DNA of 64,000 bases, taken from IMG/VR virus record IMGVR_UViG_3300028800_000094, positions 1,204-65,203 of that record. One strand, written 5' to 3'. The position numbers were made by a program, and so were the translations under genes. Source of the DNA: a virus. Its lineage: Duplodnaviria; Caudoviricetes. Within the stretch, counting starts at the first letter, position 1. Every line of letters starts with the position of its first letter. Shown in pieces: positions 1 to 9,791 of this stretch. The notes below the pieces were generated by a model. It worked only from the letters and a program-made list of their open reading frames with translations. It had not been told where the DNA came from and ran no database searches.

Positions 1-1
1 C

Positions 2-439
2 TGGGAGGCCCTAAGAGCCGGCCGCCCTATAGGCGCCGGTGAAGCTTACACGGCCCTCCACGCCGCAGGGCGCCCGGTCCCAAAGGGCTTAGAGGAGGAT
101 CAACTCTACGGTGCCGGCGACCTGGGGCTTAAAGACCTGCCTATATGGCACGACGCCCTTACCCGGATCACGCTCGACGATCGCGAATACTACCTAGCGT
201 GCCTGCGCCGGAACCAGAGCCTGACGGCCGCCCCAAAAGTTAGGGTCGACACGATCCACGGCTCCAAGGGCATGGAGGCCGAGCACGTGCTGCTCTTAAC
301 CGATTTGACGGGCCGCGTTCAAAAGGGCTTCGAACTGGACGCCGACGCCGAGCATCGCGTTTTCTACGTCGGCGTCACCCGCGCATCTCAGGAGCTGGTT
401 ATCGTTCCGCCGCGTAAAGCAGGGGGGTACATCATATGA
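2..439 (+). CDS. UvrD/Rep-like SF1 helicase, C-terminal part (5'-truncated by window edge)
   Basis: Not in ORF track. Frame 2 translates to ...KVRVDTIHGSKGMEAEHV...EHRVFYVGVTRASQEL...*, i.e. SF1 motifs V and VI. Stop TGA overlaps the next ATG at 436. Confidence 0.9.
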   Translation, partial: WEALRAGRPIGAGEAYTALHAAGRPVPKGLEEDQLYGAGDLGLKDLPIWHDALTRITLDDREYYLACLRRNQSLTAAPKVRVDTIHGSKGMEAEHVLLLTDLTGRVQKGFELDADAEHRVFYVGVTRASQELVIVPPRKAGGYII

Positions 440-639
440 CAAAAGCAATTCCAGCGAACGTTCGCGCCGATCGCCTGATCGCTGATATCCGAAAGCTGGA
501 GACCCAGCTTCGCGGCCGGGCGATGACGCCGGAACTTATGGCCGTATTGATCGCGCTGGTCAATTGCCGGACTCTCTTAGCCGAGCACGTTTCCTTTATA
601 ACCGTAAGAGAGGATCGCACCCGCCGGCTTATCGGCTGA
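436..639 (+). CDS. hypothetical protein
   Basis: 67 aa ORF, ATGA-coupled to the helicase stop. Confidence 0.55.
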   Translation: MTKAIPANVRADRLIADIRKLETQLRGRAMTPELMAVLIALVNCRTLLAEHVSFITVREDRTRRLIG

Positions 640-647
640 TTTTACCC

Positions 648-676
648 TTTACTCCTGCTCACGGAGCCTTTATAAA
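648..676 (+). promoter_or_regulatory. sigma70-like early promoter TTTACT-N17-TATAAA
   Basis: Intergenic. The same TTTACT -35 hexamer recurs at 12312, 13489 and 51611 with 17-18 nt spacers. Confidence 0.65.
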
Positions 677-687
677 CGTACATCCTG

Positions 688-960
688 ATGGGGGCTACAA
701 TGCCGCGTTACCAAGTCCTGCGTCTTAAAGAAGATCACCCGGTCATGGGTGCCGCTCGCTCGGCCGACGCCGCCGAGCATGGTGATTCCAAACACGATGG
801 GGCGAGCGGGCGCCTATCCGATTCCGAAATTGTCGACACGCAATGCCGGTCGCCGTTAGACCGGGTGTTTTGCTTCGCGCCTTATCAAAACGCCGTCGAG
901 ATCGCCGACCTTCTCAACTCAACGGCCATCCCTACAGGAGCCAAATTTAAGTCTTATTAA
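688..960 (+). CDS. hypothetical protein
   Basis: ORF directly downstream of promoter; start may be ATG 700. Confidence 0.5.
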   Translation: MGATMPRYQVLRLKEDHPVMGAARSADAAEHGDSKHDGASGRLSDSEIVDTQCRSPLDRVFCFAPYQNAVEIADLLNSTAIPTGAKFKSY

Positions 961-979
961 CACAGAGTGGGAGAGCAGA

Positions 980-1678
980 ATGACCGTCTATTTGCTTCGC
1001 TATAAGCTACCCTTCGTCGATCTCACCGTTTCGCAATACGACAACCGGGCCGACGCCTTTAGCGGCGCCACCATTGCGCAAGAGGGCGGCCATAAGACGG
1101 CCGTCGTCGAAACGGAGGACGATCTCACCGCCCTCGATAATTCGATTATCCTGGCCGGCTACAACTTCCTCGCCAAGAAGAACATCAGCAAGTTCGAGAA
1201 CGCATCAATCGGCCGCAGACGCTTTTTTGACGCTTTGACTGGATCGAAAAAGGATGCTACCGACGCATCTGCCGAGCCTTCCTCGGCCGATGCGATCGAA
1301 ACCACCGAAGGAGACACTGACATGGCTACCAAGAAACCCGCGAAAAAGACCAAGACCCCGAATACCCCGAAGGCCCCGAAGGCCCCGCGCGTCAAGAAGG
1401 AAAAGAAGCCCGCGAAGCCAAAGGTCGCGAAAACCGAAGGCGGCACCCGCGAAGGTTCGTCGATGCTCAATCAGGCCATCGAATTGATGCAGCGCCCGAA
1501 TGGCGTCACCCGCCACGAGGCCATCGCAGCACTTTCTAAAAAGCACCCCGAAAAGAAGGAGACTGCGGTCGACAACACCTTCCGCAGCTTCCTGAATTAC
1601 ATTCCAAACAAGACCAAGCTCAAGATGAAGAAGTCGAAGGAAGAGGGCCGCAAGGGCACCATTTACCGAATCGTCTAA
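980..1678 (+). CDS. Lys/Pro-rich protein with C-terminal DUF3489-like winged-helix domain
   Basis: KKPAKK..PKAPKAPRVKKEKK linker, then AIELMQRPNGVT...GRKGTIYRIV resembling DUF3489; GGGAGAGCA RBS motif upstream. Confidence 0.65.
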   Translation: MTVYLLRYKLPFVDLTVSQYDNRADAFSGATIAQEGGHKTAVVETEDDLTALDNSIILAGYNFLAKKNISKFENASIGRRRFFDALTGSKKDATDASAEPSSADAIETTEGDTDMATKKPAKKTKTPNTPKAPKAPRVKKEKKPAKPKVAKTEGGTREGSSMLNQAIELMQRPNGVTRHEAIAALSKKHPEKKETAVDNTFRSFLNYIPNKTKLKMKKSKEEGRKGTIYRIV

Positions 1679-1706
1679 CCAGCAAATTCGGCGAGGGGGC
1701 CGCCTA

Positions 1707-2465
1707 ATGACGTTTCGTAAAGAAGTGATCGGCGACGCGACGCTCTATAACGGAGACTGTGTTTCCGTTATGGAGCAAATTGAGGCGGATTCGGTTGACC
1801 TAATCTGGACCGATCCGCCCTATGGCAACGAAAACAACGCGAAGGACGCCAACGCCACCCTGCGGATAAAGCGTGGACTAGAGAACGGCGCAATCATAAA
1901 TGACGACTTGGTCTCCATGAAAACGGTCGTCGCCGGCATGCTCAAGCAGGGTGCCCGCCTGATTAAAAAGGACTGCGGAACTATCGCTGCCTGCTGTGCA
2001 GGGGGTGGGAATACCGGCTCCGATTCCTTTGCGTGGCTGTCCAATACGATGAACGAGCCCCCCCTGACATTCTATCACGCTGTTGTCTGGGACAAGGTTA
2101 ATATCGGCATAGGCTGGCGCTGGCGTCGGCAATACGAATTCATTATGGAGTGCCATAGGCTCGGCGGCGATATCGGGTGGTATTCGAACAATAATAATAA
2201 TCGAAACATTATCACGTGGATGCCGTCGCGTGACCGTGAGCATCCGAACGAGAAGCCGTACGAACTAATCAATGTTTTTATCGAGGTTCATACCTTGCCC
2301 GGACATGTAATCATGGATCCGTTTATGGGTTCGGGCTCGACTGGAGTTGCCGCTTTGAAAGCCGGCCGCAAGTTCATAGGCATCGAACTGGATCCCAAGC
2401 ACTTCGTCACGGCGTGCCGCCGCATCGAGGAATCCTCTAAGCAGCCAGGGCTGTTTATCGTTTAA
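1707..2465 (+). CDS. DNA N6-adenine/N4-cytosine methyltransferase (beta class)
   Basis: DPPY catalytic motif precedes HPNEKP and the DPFMGSGST SAM-binding motif. Confidence 0.92.
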   Translation: MTFRKEVIGDATLYNGDCVSVMEQIEADSVDLIWTDPPYGNENNAKDANATLRIKRGLENGAIINDDLVSMKTVVAGMLKQGARLIKKDCGTIAACCAGGGNTGSDSFAWLSNTMNEPPLTFYHAVVWDKVNIGIGWRWRRQYEFIMECHRLGGDIGWYSNNNNNRNIITWMPSRDREHPNEKPYELINVFIEVHTLPGHVIMDPFMGSGSTGVAALKAGRKFIGIELDPKHFVTACRRIEESSKQPGLFIV

Positions 2466-2480
2466 CCAAAGGAGCAGAAT

Positions 2481-2765
2481 ATGATCAAGGAAGCATTAGG
2501 ACTACTGGGTGAATCGGGGAAGGACCGCGTGACCGGCTTCAAGGGAACCGTCTCGTCGGTCTGCTTCGACCTTTACGGCTGCGTGCAGCTCGCTATAACG
2601 CCGCCGGTCGGCAAAGACGGTATGACCAAGGAGGGCCACTGGTTCGATATCGGCCGCGTCGAGATCGCCAAAGGAAAGCGCGTGATGCCCGTACCTACAT
2701 TCGGTGGTGCTACGGTCGCCGAGTTTCAGAAGGGACCGGCCGAGAAGCCGCGCAAGGACATCTGA
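2481..2765 (+). CDS. hypothetical phage protein
   Basis: 94 aa ORF with AAGGAG RBS; small beta-barrel-like KDRVTGFKG...LYGC pattern. Confidence 0.7.
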   Translation: MIKEALGLLGESGKDRVTGFKGTVSSVCFDLYGCVQLAITPPVGKDGMTKEGHWFDIGRVEIAKGKRVMPVPTFGGATVAEFQKGPAEKPRKDI

Positions 2766-2815
2766 ACAGGGAACGCCGGCCCCTGATTCGAAGCCGGCTA
2801 GAGCAGGAGAGCATC

Positions 2816-2953
2816 ATGTTGACGAAAACTGAAAGCGAGAAGCTGGACACCATCCTGGCGAAGATCGCCGCCTTTAAGGAGTCGACCGGCAATCCCTACG
2901 TCGCCGACCTTCTTACCGAGGCGCAGGCGGTCCTGGCGAAGATCAAACGATGA
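2816..2953 (+). CDS. small hypothetical protein (45 aa)
   Basis: Not in track. MLTKTESEKLDTILAKI..., preceded by AGAGCAGGAGAGCA, stop overlaps next ATG. Confidence 0.6.
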   Translation: MLTKTESEKLDTILAKIAAFKESTGNPYVADLLTEAQAVLAKIKR

Positions 2954-3939
2954 AGGACGCGCTCGATCAGGTTAAAACGGTTCTAGCGGGCAAGGACTAC
3001 GGCGCCCGGCTTAACCACTATTACCTGACGGGCGAGTCGATCATTGCGAGCGACGGCCGTATGACAGCGGCCGTCCCTTTCAAGGCGCCGGTCGAATGCG
3101 TGGTAGCCGGAGAGGAGCTTGAGGTGGTCGCGGCTCGAATGCCGGCCAATCCGGCATTAGAGCTGCGAACGAACGACGAGACCGGCGCCCTAACCCTGGT
3201 GGTCAAAGCAGGCCGCCTTCGCGGCTCGATCGCCTGCCTGCCGCCCGATTCCGTTTCCTTCCCTACACCGCCACCGGAAGTGGCCCGCATAGCCCTTCCA
3301 GGCTCGTTCGTGGCGGCCCTAAAGGCGGTGCGCCCATTCATAGCGGATACCAGCGTACACGCCTGGGGCCTAGCAGCGTGCGTGCGTGCGGGCCGGGTTT
3401 TGGCGACGAATAACATAGTGCTTATCGAGGGCCTTTGCCCCGAGCTGGAACTTCCTACAGATGCCGAGGTGTTAATACCTTGCTGGGCTGTAGATTACAT
3501 TCTTCGCCGCAAGGACGGGCTTACCCATATGGCCCTGGAGGATAAGACCGCCGCATCCTTTTTCTGGAGCGACGGAAGCTGGATGCGAACCCAGCTTATG
3601 GCCGGAGCCTATCCGCCGGCCGTCGACCGGCTGCTATCGGAAATGGGCGAAACGCCGTTCCCTATCGAAAAGGCGTTTCGAGGTTACTTCCAAGAAGTGG
3701 TTTCAGCATCGTCGGGGATTATAACAATCGAGCCTGGAAAGATCACCGGCTCCAAGGGCGTGGCCAAGCTGGAGTGCGAAATCGATCTGGTCGGCGCCAC
3801 CGAGGCCCTCCATTTTAACCCCCTGTTTATTGCCGACATGATGCAAGTCGCGACGGAATGGGATCCGTCGCTTTGGCCCGCGCCGATTCCATTCAGGGGG
3901 GATGGGGTAAAGGGTTTAATCGTAGGCAGGAAAGCCTAA
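2950..3939 (+). CDS. DNA polymerase sliding clamp (beta-clamp-like)
   Basis: Repeated IIASDG / VLATNN clamp-domain motifs, 329 aa, directly upstream of the DNA polymerase. Confidence 0.7.
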   Translation: MKDALDQVKTVLAGKDYGARLNHYYLTGESIIASDGRMTAAVPFKAPVECVVAGEELEVVAARMPANPALELRTNDETGALTLVVKAGRLRGSIACLPPDSVSFPTPPPEVARIALPGSFVAALKAVRPFIADTSVHAWGLAACVRAGRVLATNNIVLIEGLCPELELPTDAEVLIPCWAVDYILRRKDGLTHMALEDKTAASFFWSDGSWMRTQLMAGAYPPAVDRLLSEMGETPFPIEKAFRGYFQEVVSASSGIITIEPGKITGSKGVAKLECEIDLVGATEALHFNPLFIADMMQVATEWDPSLWPAPIPFRGDGVKGLIVGRKA

Positions 3940-6071
3940 TGGCCCAGCGTGCTCAAAACGACACCGGGCTGTTTTGGGACCGTACAATGAACCGGTCCCG
4001 CATCATGCGGCCGGGGGATCGAGATTTCACCGAGTCCAAGCCAAGGGCGCCGGCCGTAGGGAAAACCCGCCGACCAGGAGCGCCCCGACAAGTAGCCGGG
4101 CCGCGCCCGCTAGTCCTGACCAGGGGGGCGAGTGGCTGGCTACCGCCGACCGAGATGCCGATCATTCGGGGCCAGGGCATCAAACGCCTATCGATCGACG
4201 TCGAGACCAAGGATATCGATCTCAACCGGCTCGGCCCTGGTGTTAGGCGTGGCGCCTATATAGTGGGGATTAGCATCGGGATACAAGATGGACCCCGATA
4301 CTACTTTCCAATGCGTCACGAAGCCGGCGGCAACATGGACGCCGACGCCGTCCTGGCGTGGGCGCGCGACGAGCTAAACGGCTACGAAGGCGAACTGGTC
4401 GGCGCGAATTCGATTTACGACCTAGACTTCCTGGCCGAAGAAAAGATCACATTTCCCCTGGTTAAGTTATTCCACGACGTCCAGGTAGCCGAGCCTATCA
4501 TCGACGAGTGGCGCAAATCGTATTCGCTCGAAGCCATATCACAACTGCATCTCGGCGAGGGCAAGAAGGAAACCCGTATCCGGCAGATCGCTAACGATAA
4601 CGGGTGGTGGTCTGAAAACGAATTGAAAGCGAATCTCTGGCGTCTACCGGGAACCGATGTCGGAGAGTACGCGGAGGGAGATGCAGATCTCCCTCTGCGT
4701 ATCCTACCGAAGCAATTCGAACTGCTTGAAGCCGACGAGCAGATGCATATCTACGACCTAGAGCGTCGCCTGATACCGGTGATCCTCGGTATGCAGCGCC
4801 GAGGCGTTCGAGTTGATCTCAACCACGCCGAACACGTGCGCGGCGTCCTGGGACGCGAGGTTGAGAAGTGGCGGGCCGAAGTGAAGCGCCTAGCCGGGCC
4901 GGCGGCCGAGCTGGACCAAGCCGAGTCGCTGGCTCCCGCTTTACGTGAAGCTGGAGTGGTCGTGCCGCTCACTAAGAAGAGCGGCGCCCCGTCGATCACG
5001 AAAGACCTTTTCCAAAAGAACAAGGGCATCCCCCTGATTGACGCGATCAGCGCCGGTCGCCGGGTGCAGACTCTGAAACGAACCTTCCTCGACGGCCATG
5101 TCTTTAAACACAATATCAACGGTCGAATACACTGCGAATTCCACCAGCTCAAGGGTGAACGGGGGGGATCGCTATCGAGATTCTCATCGTCGAATCCAAA
5201 TCTTCAGAATGTACCCTCGCGCGTAAACGAGGACGTCGACGACCGCGTCGACCTGGGCGCCGACGACGTCGTGAAGGCTGTGCGCGGAATATTTTTGCCC
5301 GATGAGGGCGAGGACTGGTGGCGAGCCGACTATAGCCAAATCGAGTATAGGTTCCTTGCGCACTTCGCACTGGGCGAAGGTGCCGATGAGGTTCGCGCCA
5401 AATACAACGCGGATCCCAAAACGGATTATCATAAACTCTGCGCCGAGATGTTGGGCGCTGATCCCGAAGACAAGATCAAGCGTAAAAGGATCAAATCGAC
5501 AAATTTCGCCAAGGGCTACGGAGCCGGTGCGGTTAAGCTCGCAGAAACATATGGCTGTTCACTTGACGAGGCGATTCGCTTCATCGAGGAGTACGATTCG
5601 AAACTCCCCTTCGCCAAATACACATACGACAAGGCTCAAAAATGGGGTGACGATCACGGCCGTGTTGTAACGATCCTGGGGCGCAAGCAGCGATTTTCCT
5701 TATGGGAGCCGGCATGGAATAAGGACCGGGATAAGAATCCGCCACTCCCCAAGGACGAGGCACTGGTCGCTTATAGCGGCCAGCGCATCGTCCGCGCCAT
5801 GACACACGCAGCCCTGAACCGGAAGCTGCAGGGCTCGAACGCCGACATCATAAAGAAGGCGATGGTCGACGGGTACGAAGCGGGGATATGCGACGTGATC
5901 GGCGCATACCTCCTTACGGTTCATGATGAGCTGGGCAACTCGGTTCCGAAAACCGATATCGGCCGCGAGGCCGCAGCCGAAATGAAGCACCTGATGGAAA
6001 TCGCGATTAAGATTAAGGTGCCGGTGCTAGTCGAAACCGATTACGGCGAAAGCTGGGGAGCAACGTCATGA
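3939..6071 (+). CDS. polA: DNA polymerase, family A, with 3'-5' exonuclease domain
   Basis: Exo I DVET, SSSNPNLQNVP, motif A DYSQIEYR, motif B KSTNF..GYG, motif C VHDEL. Start taken as ATG 3939 overlapping the clamp stop. Confidence 0.95.
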   Translation: MAQRAQNDTGLFWDRTMNRSRIMRPGDRDFTESKPRAPAVGKTRRPGAPRQVAGPRPLVLTRGASGWLPPTEMPIIRGQGIKRLSIDVETKDIDLNRLGPGVRRGAYIVGISIGIQDGPRYYFPMRHEAGGNMDADAVLAWARDELNGYEGELVGANSIYDLDFLAEEKITFPLVKLFHDVQVAEPIIDEWRKSYSLEAISQLHLGEGKKETRIRQIANDNGWWSENELKANLWRLPGTDVGEYAEGDADLPLRILPKQFELLEADEQMHIYDLERRLIPVILGMQRRGVRVDLNHAEHVRGVLGREVEKWRAEVKRLAGPAAELDQAESLAPALREAGVVVPLTKKSGAPSITKDLFQKNKGIPLIDAISAGRRVQTLKRTFLDGHVFKHNINGRIHCEFHQLKGERGGSLSRFSSSNPNLQNVPSRVNEDVDDRVDLGADDVVKAVRGIFLPDEGEDWWRADYSQIEYRFLAHFALGEGADEVRAKYNADPKTDYHKLCAEMLGADPEDKIKRKRIKSTNFAKGYGAGAVKLAETYGCSLDEAIRFIEEYDSKLPFAKYTYDKAQKWGDDHGRVVTILGRKQRFSLWEPAWNKDRDKNPPLPKDEALVAYSGQRIVRAMTHAALNRKLQGSNADIIKKAMVDGYEAGICDVIGAYLLTVHDELGNSVPKTDIGREAAAEMKHLMEIAIKIKVPVLVETDYGESWGATS

Positions 6072-6153
6072 CCGCGCGTGAGAGCGTCGACTTCCTGGCC
6101 TGCCTGCTCAACGATTTAATCTGGATCGGTCTTTTGATTGTGGGGATACTGCC

Positions 6154-6387
6154 GTGATCAAGTGGAAGCGCTCTGCAGACCACCATAACTGGCGAGCGGA
6201 GCAGGGGGATCTCCGGGTGATGGTGGCGCGGAATGACTTCTACGATTGGTGCTGGCGACTTGACCGTCTCGATAGGTCGGGAACGATTACGCGAGCGCAG
6301 TGCATCAACTTTTGCGACGGCGGAAAGACGATGCGGGATGCCAAGCAAGAAGCGATGGCCGCGCTGGTAAAGGAGCTGGGGCCATGA
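6154..6387 (+). CDS. hypothetical protein
   Basis: Member of a run of small overlapping ORFs. Confidence 0.55.
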   Translation: MIKWKRSADHHNWRAEQGDLRVMVARNDFYDWCWRLDRLDRSGTITRAQCINFCDGGKTMRDAKQEAMAALVKELGP

Positions 6388-6617
6388 GGCTCACCGCCGG
6401 CCAGCTTCAGTATTTGCTGCTGCACCTACCGCCCGCGAACGACGAGCGCGTCGGCGATACGTGCCGCGTGGCTATCCCCGAACGCGAGCACGTCGTTGAC
6501 CTAAATAAAAGAGTGCGTCGACAAGACGCCGAATTAAGTACGGTCATCTTTAGAAGGGTGCGCTTGGTCGTCGATAAAGAAAGCTGGTATGAATGGTCGC
6601 TGGAGGTGGTGCAATGA
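6384..6617 (+). CDS. hypothetical protein
   Basis: AAGGAG RBS, ATGA overlap (MRLTAGQL...). Confidence 0.6.
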   Translation: MRLTAGQLQYLLLHLPPANDERVGDTCRVAIPEREHVVDLNKRVRRQDAELSTVIFRRVRLVVDKESWYEWSLEVVQ

Positions 6618-6859
6618 GTCGAGCGTGTCTGATTTGGTCGACCGCGCATAACGCTTGGTTTCGGCCGCATGCTGCGGGATATACAAGCGACGTATCGCAG
6701 GCCGGCGTGTTCAACGAGGACTATCCGGTTGATCCCAAGCGTGAGCGCATTATGTATTTTGCGGAGGCCGCGCCGATGATCCTTTCCGCTATCGAGGAAT
6801 CACAAATACAAGCAACAGGGCTCACGACACTCATCCGTCAATTCATCGGGAGGTGCTAA
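6614..6859 (+). CDS. hypothetical phage protein
   Basis: GGAGG RBS; LIWS..HNAWFRP...GYT..AG.F pattern common in phage early genes. Confidence 0.65.
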   Translation: MSRACLIWSTAHNAWFRPHAAGYTSDVSQAGVFNEDYPVDPKRERIMYFAEAAPMILSAIEESQIQATGLTTLIRQFIGRC

Positions 6860-7269
6860 TGTCGCGTTCAGGCTATGACGAATCAGATTGCTTCGATCAA
6901 TGGCCCTGGATCATGTGGCGCGGTACTGTCGCTAGTGCTTTACGGGGCAAGCGTGGACAAGCCTTCCTAAAGGAGATGCTTACCGCTTTGGATGCGCTCG
7001 AAAACAAACGCCTAGTCGCGGAAGCCCTAGTCGCCGGCACCGAAGTCTGCGCCATGGGTGCCGTAGCAAAGGCACGTGGAATCGACATGGAAATGGTTGA
7101 TCCAGAAGATCCGGCAACCGTTGCCGGCATCTTTGGTATCGCCGGTCCTATGGCGCAAGAGATCGCCTATATGAATGACGAAGGCGGCCCGCACAAGGAA
7201 ACCCCCGAACATCGCTATCAGCGCATGCGGAAATGGATTGAATCCAAAATAAAGAAGGAGACTCCGTGA
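6859..7269 (+). CDS. conserved hypothetical phage protein
   Basis: GGAGG RBS; MSRSGY...WRG.V.SA.RGKRGQAFL pattern. Confidence 0.75.
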   Translation: MSRSGYDESDCFDQWPWIMWRGTVASALRGKRGQAFLKEMLTALDALENKRLVAEALVAGTEVCAMGAVAKARGIDMEMVDPEDPATVAGIFGIAGPMAQEIAYMNDEGGPHKETPEHRYQRMRKWIESKIKKETP

Positions 7270-7499
7270 TGGCCCAGCTTACAGCGATTGAGAAACTGGC
7301 GCGGCGTATTTGCTGGGTCGAATTCAGTCCAGCCGGCCGCAAGGGTAAGACCGAGGCGTCCTATTGGAACGCGATCACGCCGGCTATCCGCGCGGAGATT
7401 ATCCGCGAAATCAAGCGCATCCTATGGGTGATCGATAAGGCACCGGTGGAAATTCTCGTCGACGCCTATTCCGAGTATTGCAGGAGGAACGACGGATGA
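7266..7499 (+). CDS. hypothetical protein
   Basis: AAGGAG RBS, coupled start/stop. Confidence 0.6.
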   Translation: MMAQLTAIEKLARRICWVEFSPAGRKGKTEASYWNAITPAIRAEIIREIKRILWVIDKAPVEILVDAYSEYCRRNDG

Positions 7500-8167
7500 T
7501 TTTAGTTTTCGATACCGAAACGTCAGGGTTCGTCCATAAAGACCTTCCCCCTGAACATGCGGCGCAGCCGCACCTTGTGCAGCTCGCCGCACTCCTAATC
7601 GAGGAGGATGGAACCGAGCGCGCATCGGTCTCGGTAATCGTGAAGCCGAACGGCTACACGATTCCCGAGGCCGCGTCGAACGTGCATGGGATCACCACCG
7701 ATCTAGCACATCGTTACGGAATCCCGTTAGCCGTCGCAGTTTCGCTCTTTACCAATCTCCGGGCGCGCTCGGACGAACTGGTCGCCCACAACGAGGAGTT
7801 TGATGACCTTGTTCTAAAGGCAGCAATCTCCCGCGTCGGCGCCAAGCCGAAGCACCCTGGACCGATGTTAAGAACCTGTACGATGCGAGCGGCTAGTCCG
7901 GTGGTTCGAATCCCACCGACCGCGAAGATGCGGGCGGCGGGATTTATGCACCATAAGCCGCCGAGCCTAACCGAGTGTGTCGAGTTTTTATTTAAGGAAA
8001 AACTCGACGGCGCACATGACGCCATGGTCGACTGCCGGGCTTGTGCTCGGGTATATTTCGCCCTGCGGGAGCAGGGGGCAATCAAGGTGCGCACGCCCGG
8101 TCAAATCGCCGCCGATCGTATGGCGATCGACGCCTTCATAAAGGAGCAATCCAATGTCACGCCGTAA
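7496..8167 (+). CDS. DEDDh 3'-5' exonuclease (DnaQ-like)
   Basis: FDTETSG, VAHN..FD and AHDAMVD motifs. Confidence 0.92.
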   Translation: MILVFDTETSGFVHKDLPPEHAAQPHLVQLAALLIEEDGTERASVSVIVKPNGYTIPEAASNVHGITTDLAHRYGIPLAVAVSLFTNLRARSDELVAHNEEFDDLVLKAAISRVGAKPKHPGPMLRTCTMRAASPVVRIPPTAKMRAAGFMHHKPPSLTECVEFLFKEKLDGAHDAMVDCRACARVYFALREQGAIKVRTPGQIAADRMAIDAFIKEQSNVTP

Positions 8168-8354
8168 AGTAACCGACGATCTTATTACAGAAGTGGTTAA
8201 GGGCGGTCACACTGAAGCCGACCCAGGCCAGATAGCCCTGGTGCGAATCCTTGCCGGCGAAGTTGCCGACGCGCTCGACAACCTCGAACGCATCGCCACC
8301 GCCCTGGAGCGTATTGCCGATGCCGTTGCGGCAAAGCCGGACGATCACAAATGA
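8154..8354 (+). CDS. hypothetical protein
   Basis: AAGGAG RBS; LERIATALERIAD repeat. Confidence 0.6.
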   Translation: MSRRKVTDDLITEVVKGGHTEADPGQIALVRILAGEVADALDNLERIATALERIADAVAAKPDDHK

Positions 8355-8740
8355 AGCTCGCGGCCTTCAAGCTTCTCAAGAAGATGCTCGAAATGACTTT
8401 CTCGGAGTCGGACGGCGAAGCCCTGAACGCGATTCGGGCCGCGAACCGAATCGTCAAAGAGGCCGACGTTACCTGGACCAGGATCCTCGACCGCGTCGTA
8501 AGTATAGAGGTTGAGGCCGGCTTCGACGCGTCGGACGTCGAGGGCGAGCCCGCGAGCAAGCCCACCCGCGATGCCGCCACGGAAAAGCTCTTCGAAGATG
8601 CGCTCGACGGCGCCGAGGGATCCTGGCGCGACTTCCTGACGGACGTCTATGCCAAGTGGGAACGCTACGGTCGGCTAACGCCGACCCAGCGCGAAGCCGT
8701 TCAAAAGGGCGCCGCCCGCACTCGGGCTCGGAGGAGATAG
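8351..8740 (+). CDS. hypothetical protein
   Basis: Coupled ORF, helical, SDGEALNA motif. Confidence 0.65.
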   Translation: MKLAAFKLLKKMLEMTFSESDGEALNAIRAANRIVKEADVTWTRILDRVVSIEVEAGFDASDVEGEPASKPTRDAATEKLFEDALDGAEGSWRDFLTDVYAKWERYGRLTPTQREAVQKGAARTRARRR

Positions 8741-8916
8741 ATGCTGACTGAGGCCGAAGCTAAGAAGATCAAAGAGACGGCGCGGGAATACGCACTGGCC
8801 GAGGGCGTCTGCGGGCAAGACCCAAACATCTCTGCCCGGCATGAAAAGGCGCGGCGACTGTGCCTTGCGTTCCATTCGCTTGTTGATGAACTGACCGAGA
8901 AATAAAGGGAGCCGCC

Positions 8917-9195
8917 GTGACATCTGACCAGAAAGACCTCGCCCGCCATGCACTCGGGCTTCCGAACAAGGCGTGGAAATCTTACCGAAACCACTTCGTC
9001 GCTGGTCCCGGTCATTCTGATTTCGACAACTGGGAAACGATGGTCGCCGCTGGCGAGGCGTGGAAGCGCGGGCCGAGCGCGATGTTCGGTGGAGATTACT
9101 GTTTCGGCCTGACACGTAAAGGCGCAGATGCCGCTTTGATGCCGCGAGAGAAATTGGACGCGGAGGATTTCCCCGCGCCTGTAACCGTTGGATAA
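8917..9195 (+). CDS. hypothetical phage protein
   Basis: GGGAG RBS; ARHALGL...SYRNHF pattern. Confidence 0.65.
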   Translation: MTSDQKDLARHALGLPNKAWKSYRNHFVAGPGHSDFDNWETMVAAGEAWKRGPSAMFGGDYCFGLTRKGADAALMPREKLDAEDFPAPVTVG

Positions 9196-9205
9196 GGGAG
9201 CCGAG

Positions 9206-9595
9206 ATGCACCGATGGGACTGCCCGACAGATTACGAAGCTCGCAGCAAGGCGCGTCGTGATGCTGACTTCGATTCTAGCTATGGGCATCGTAGCTATCA
9301 TACACCGTTCGATGATTGCGATGAATCCAACCGTCGATACCGGCAGGAGTACGACCGCCAGTTTAGCTACCAAGAGAACCGCCGTCAGGAAGAGGCGGCA
9401 GAGCGCCGAGCCGCCCAGCACCGCCGCGAGGAACGGGAATATTGGGAATCTCAGGAGCGCCAATGCTACGAAGAACAGCAGCAGCAATATGATGAAGAGT
9501 ATGCAGCCGCCGAAGCCGCATATTACGCAGACCTTTGGCGCGAACAATTCGTTGATGAACCGCGCATGGCAGACGATGGCTGTCCGCATATCTGA
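9206..9595 (+). CDS. hypothetical E/R/Q-rich coiled-coil protein
   Basis: AAGGGAG RBS before ATG 9206. Confidence 0.55.
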   Translation: MHRWDCPTDYEARSKARRDADFDSSYGHRSYHTPFDDCDESNRRYRQEYDRQFSYQENRRQEEAAERRAAQHRREEREYWESQERQCYEEQQQQYDEEYAAAEAAYYADLWREQFVDEPRMADDGCPHI

Positions 9596-9605
9596 GGAGG
9601 CCAAG

Positions 9606-9779
9606 GTGAACGTACATGAAGTTCGTCAATTCAAGCTCGCCATCCATGCGTTCGCAGACGCCCTAGAAGATTTCTGCGATAGCATCGAACAAGCGCAGGC
9701 TGAGATCGAAGATTTGACCGAGCGTGTCAAAGAGCTTGAGGCGAATCAGGTTAAGCCTGTCGTTGTCACAGATATCTAG
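9606..9779 (+). CDS. small coiled-coil hypothetical protein
   Basis: GAGGAGG RBS before GTG 9606. Confidence 0.5.
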   Translation: MNVHEVRQFKLAIHAFADALEDFCDSIEQAQAEIEDLTERVKELEANQVKPVVVTDI

Positions 9780-9791
9780 GGAGGCCTGACC

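Noticed and set aside
2187-2201. AAT triplet run (poly-Asn) in the methyltransferase as a phase-variation tract
   Set aside because: Short and in-frame, so slippage would not switch expression.
7889-7925. GGTTCGAATCCC T-loop-like sequence suggesting a tRNA or attP
   Set aside because: Lies inside the exonuclease CDS; no D arm, anticodon arm or acceptor stem can be built, and there is no integrase in the window.
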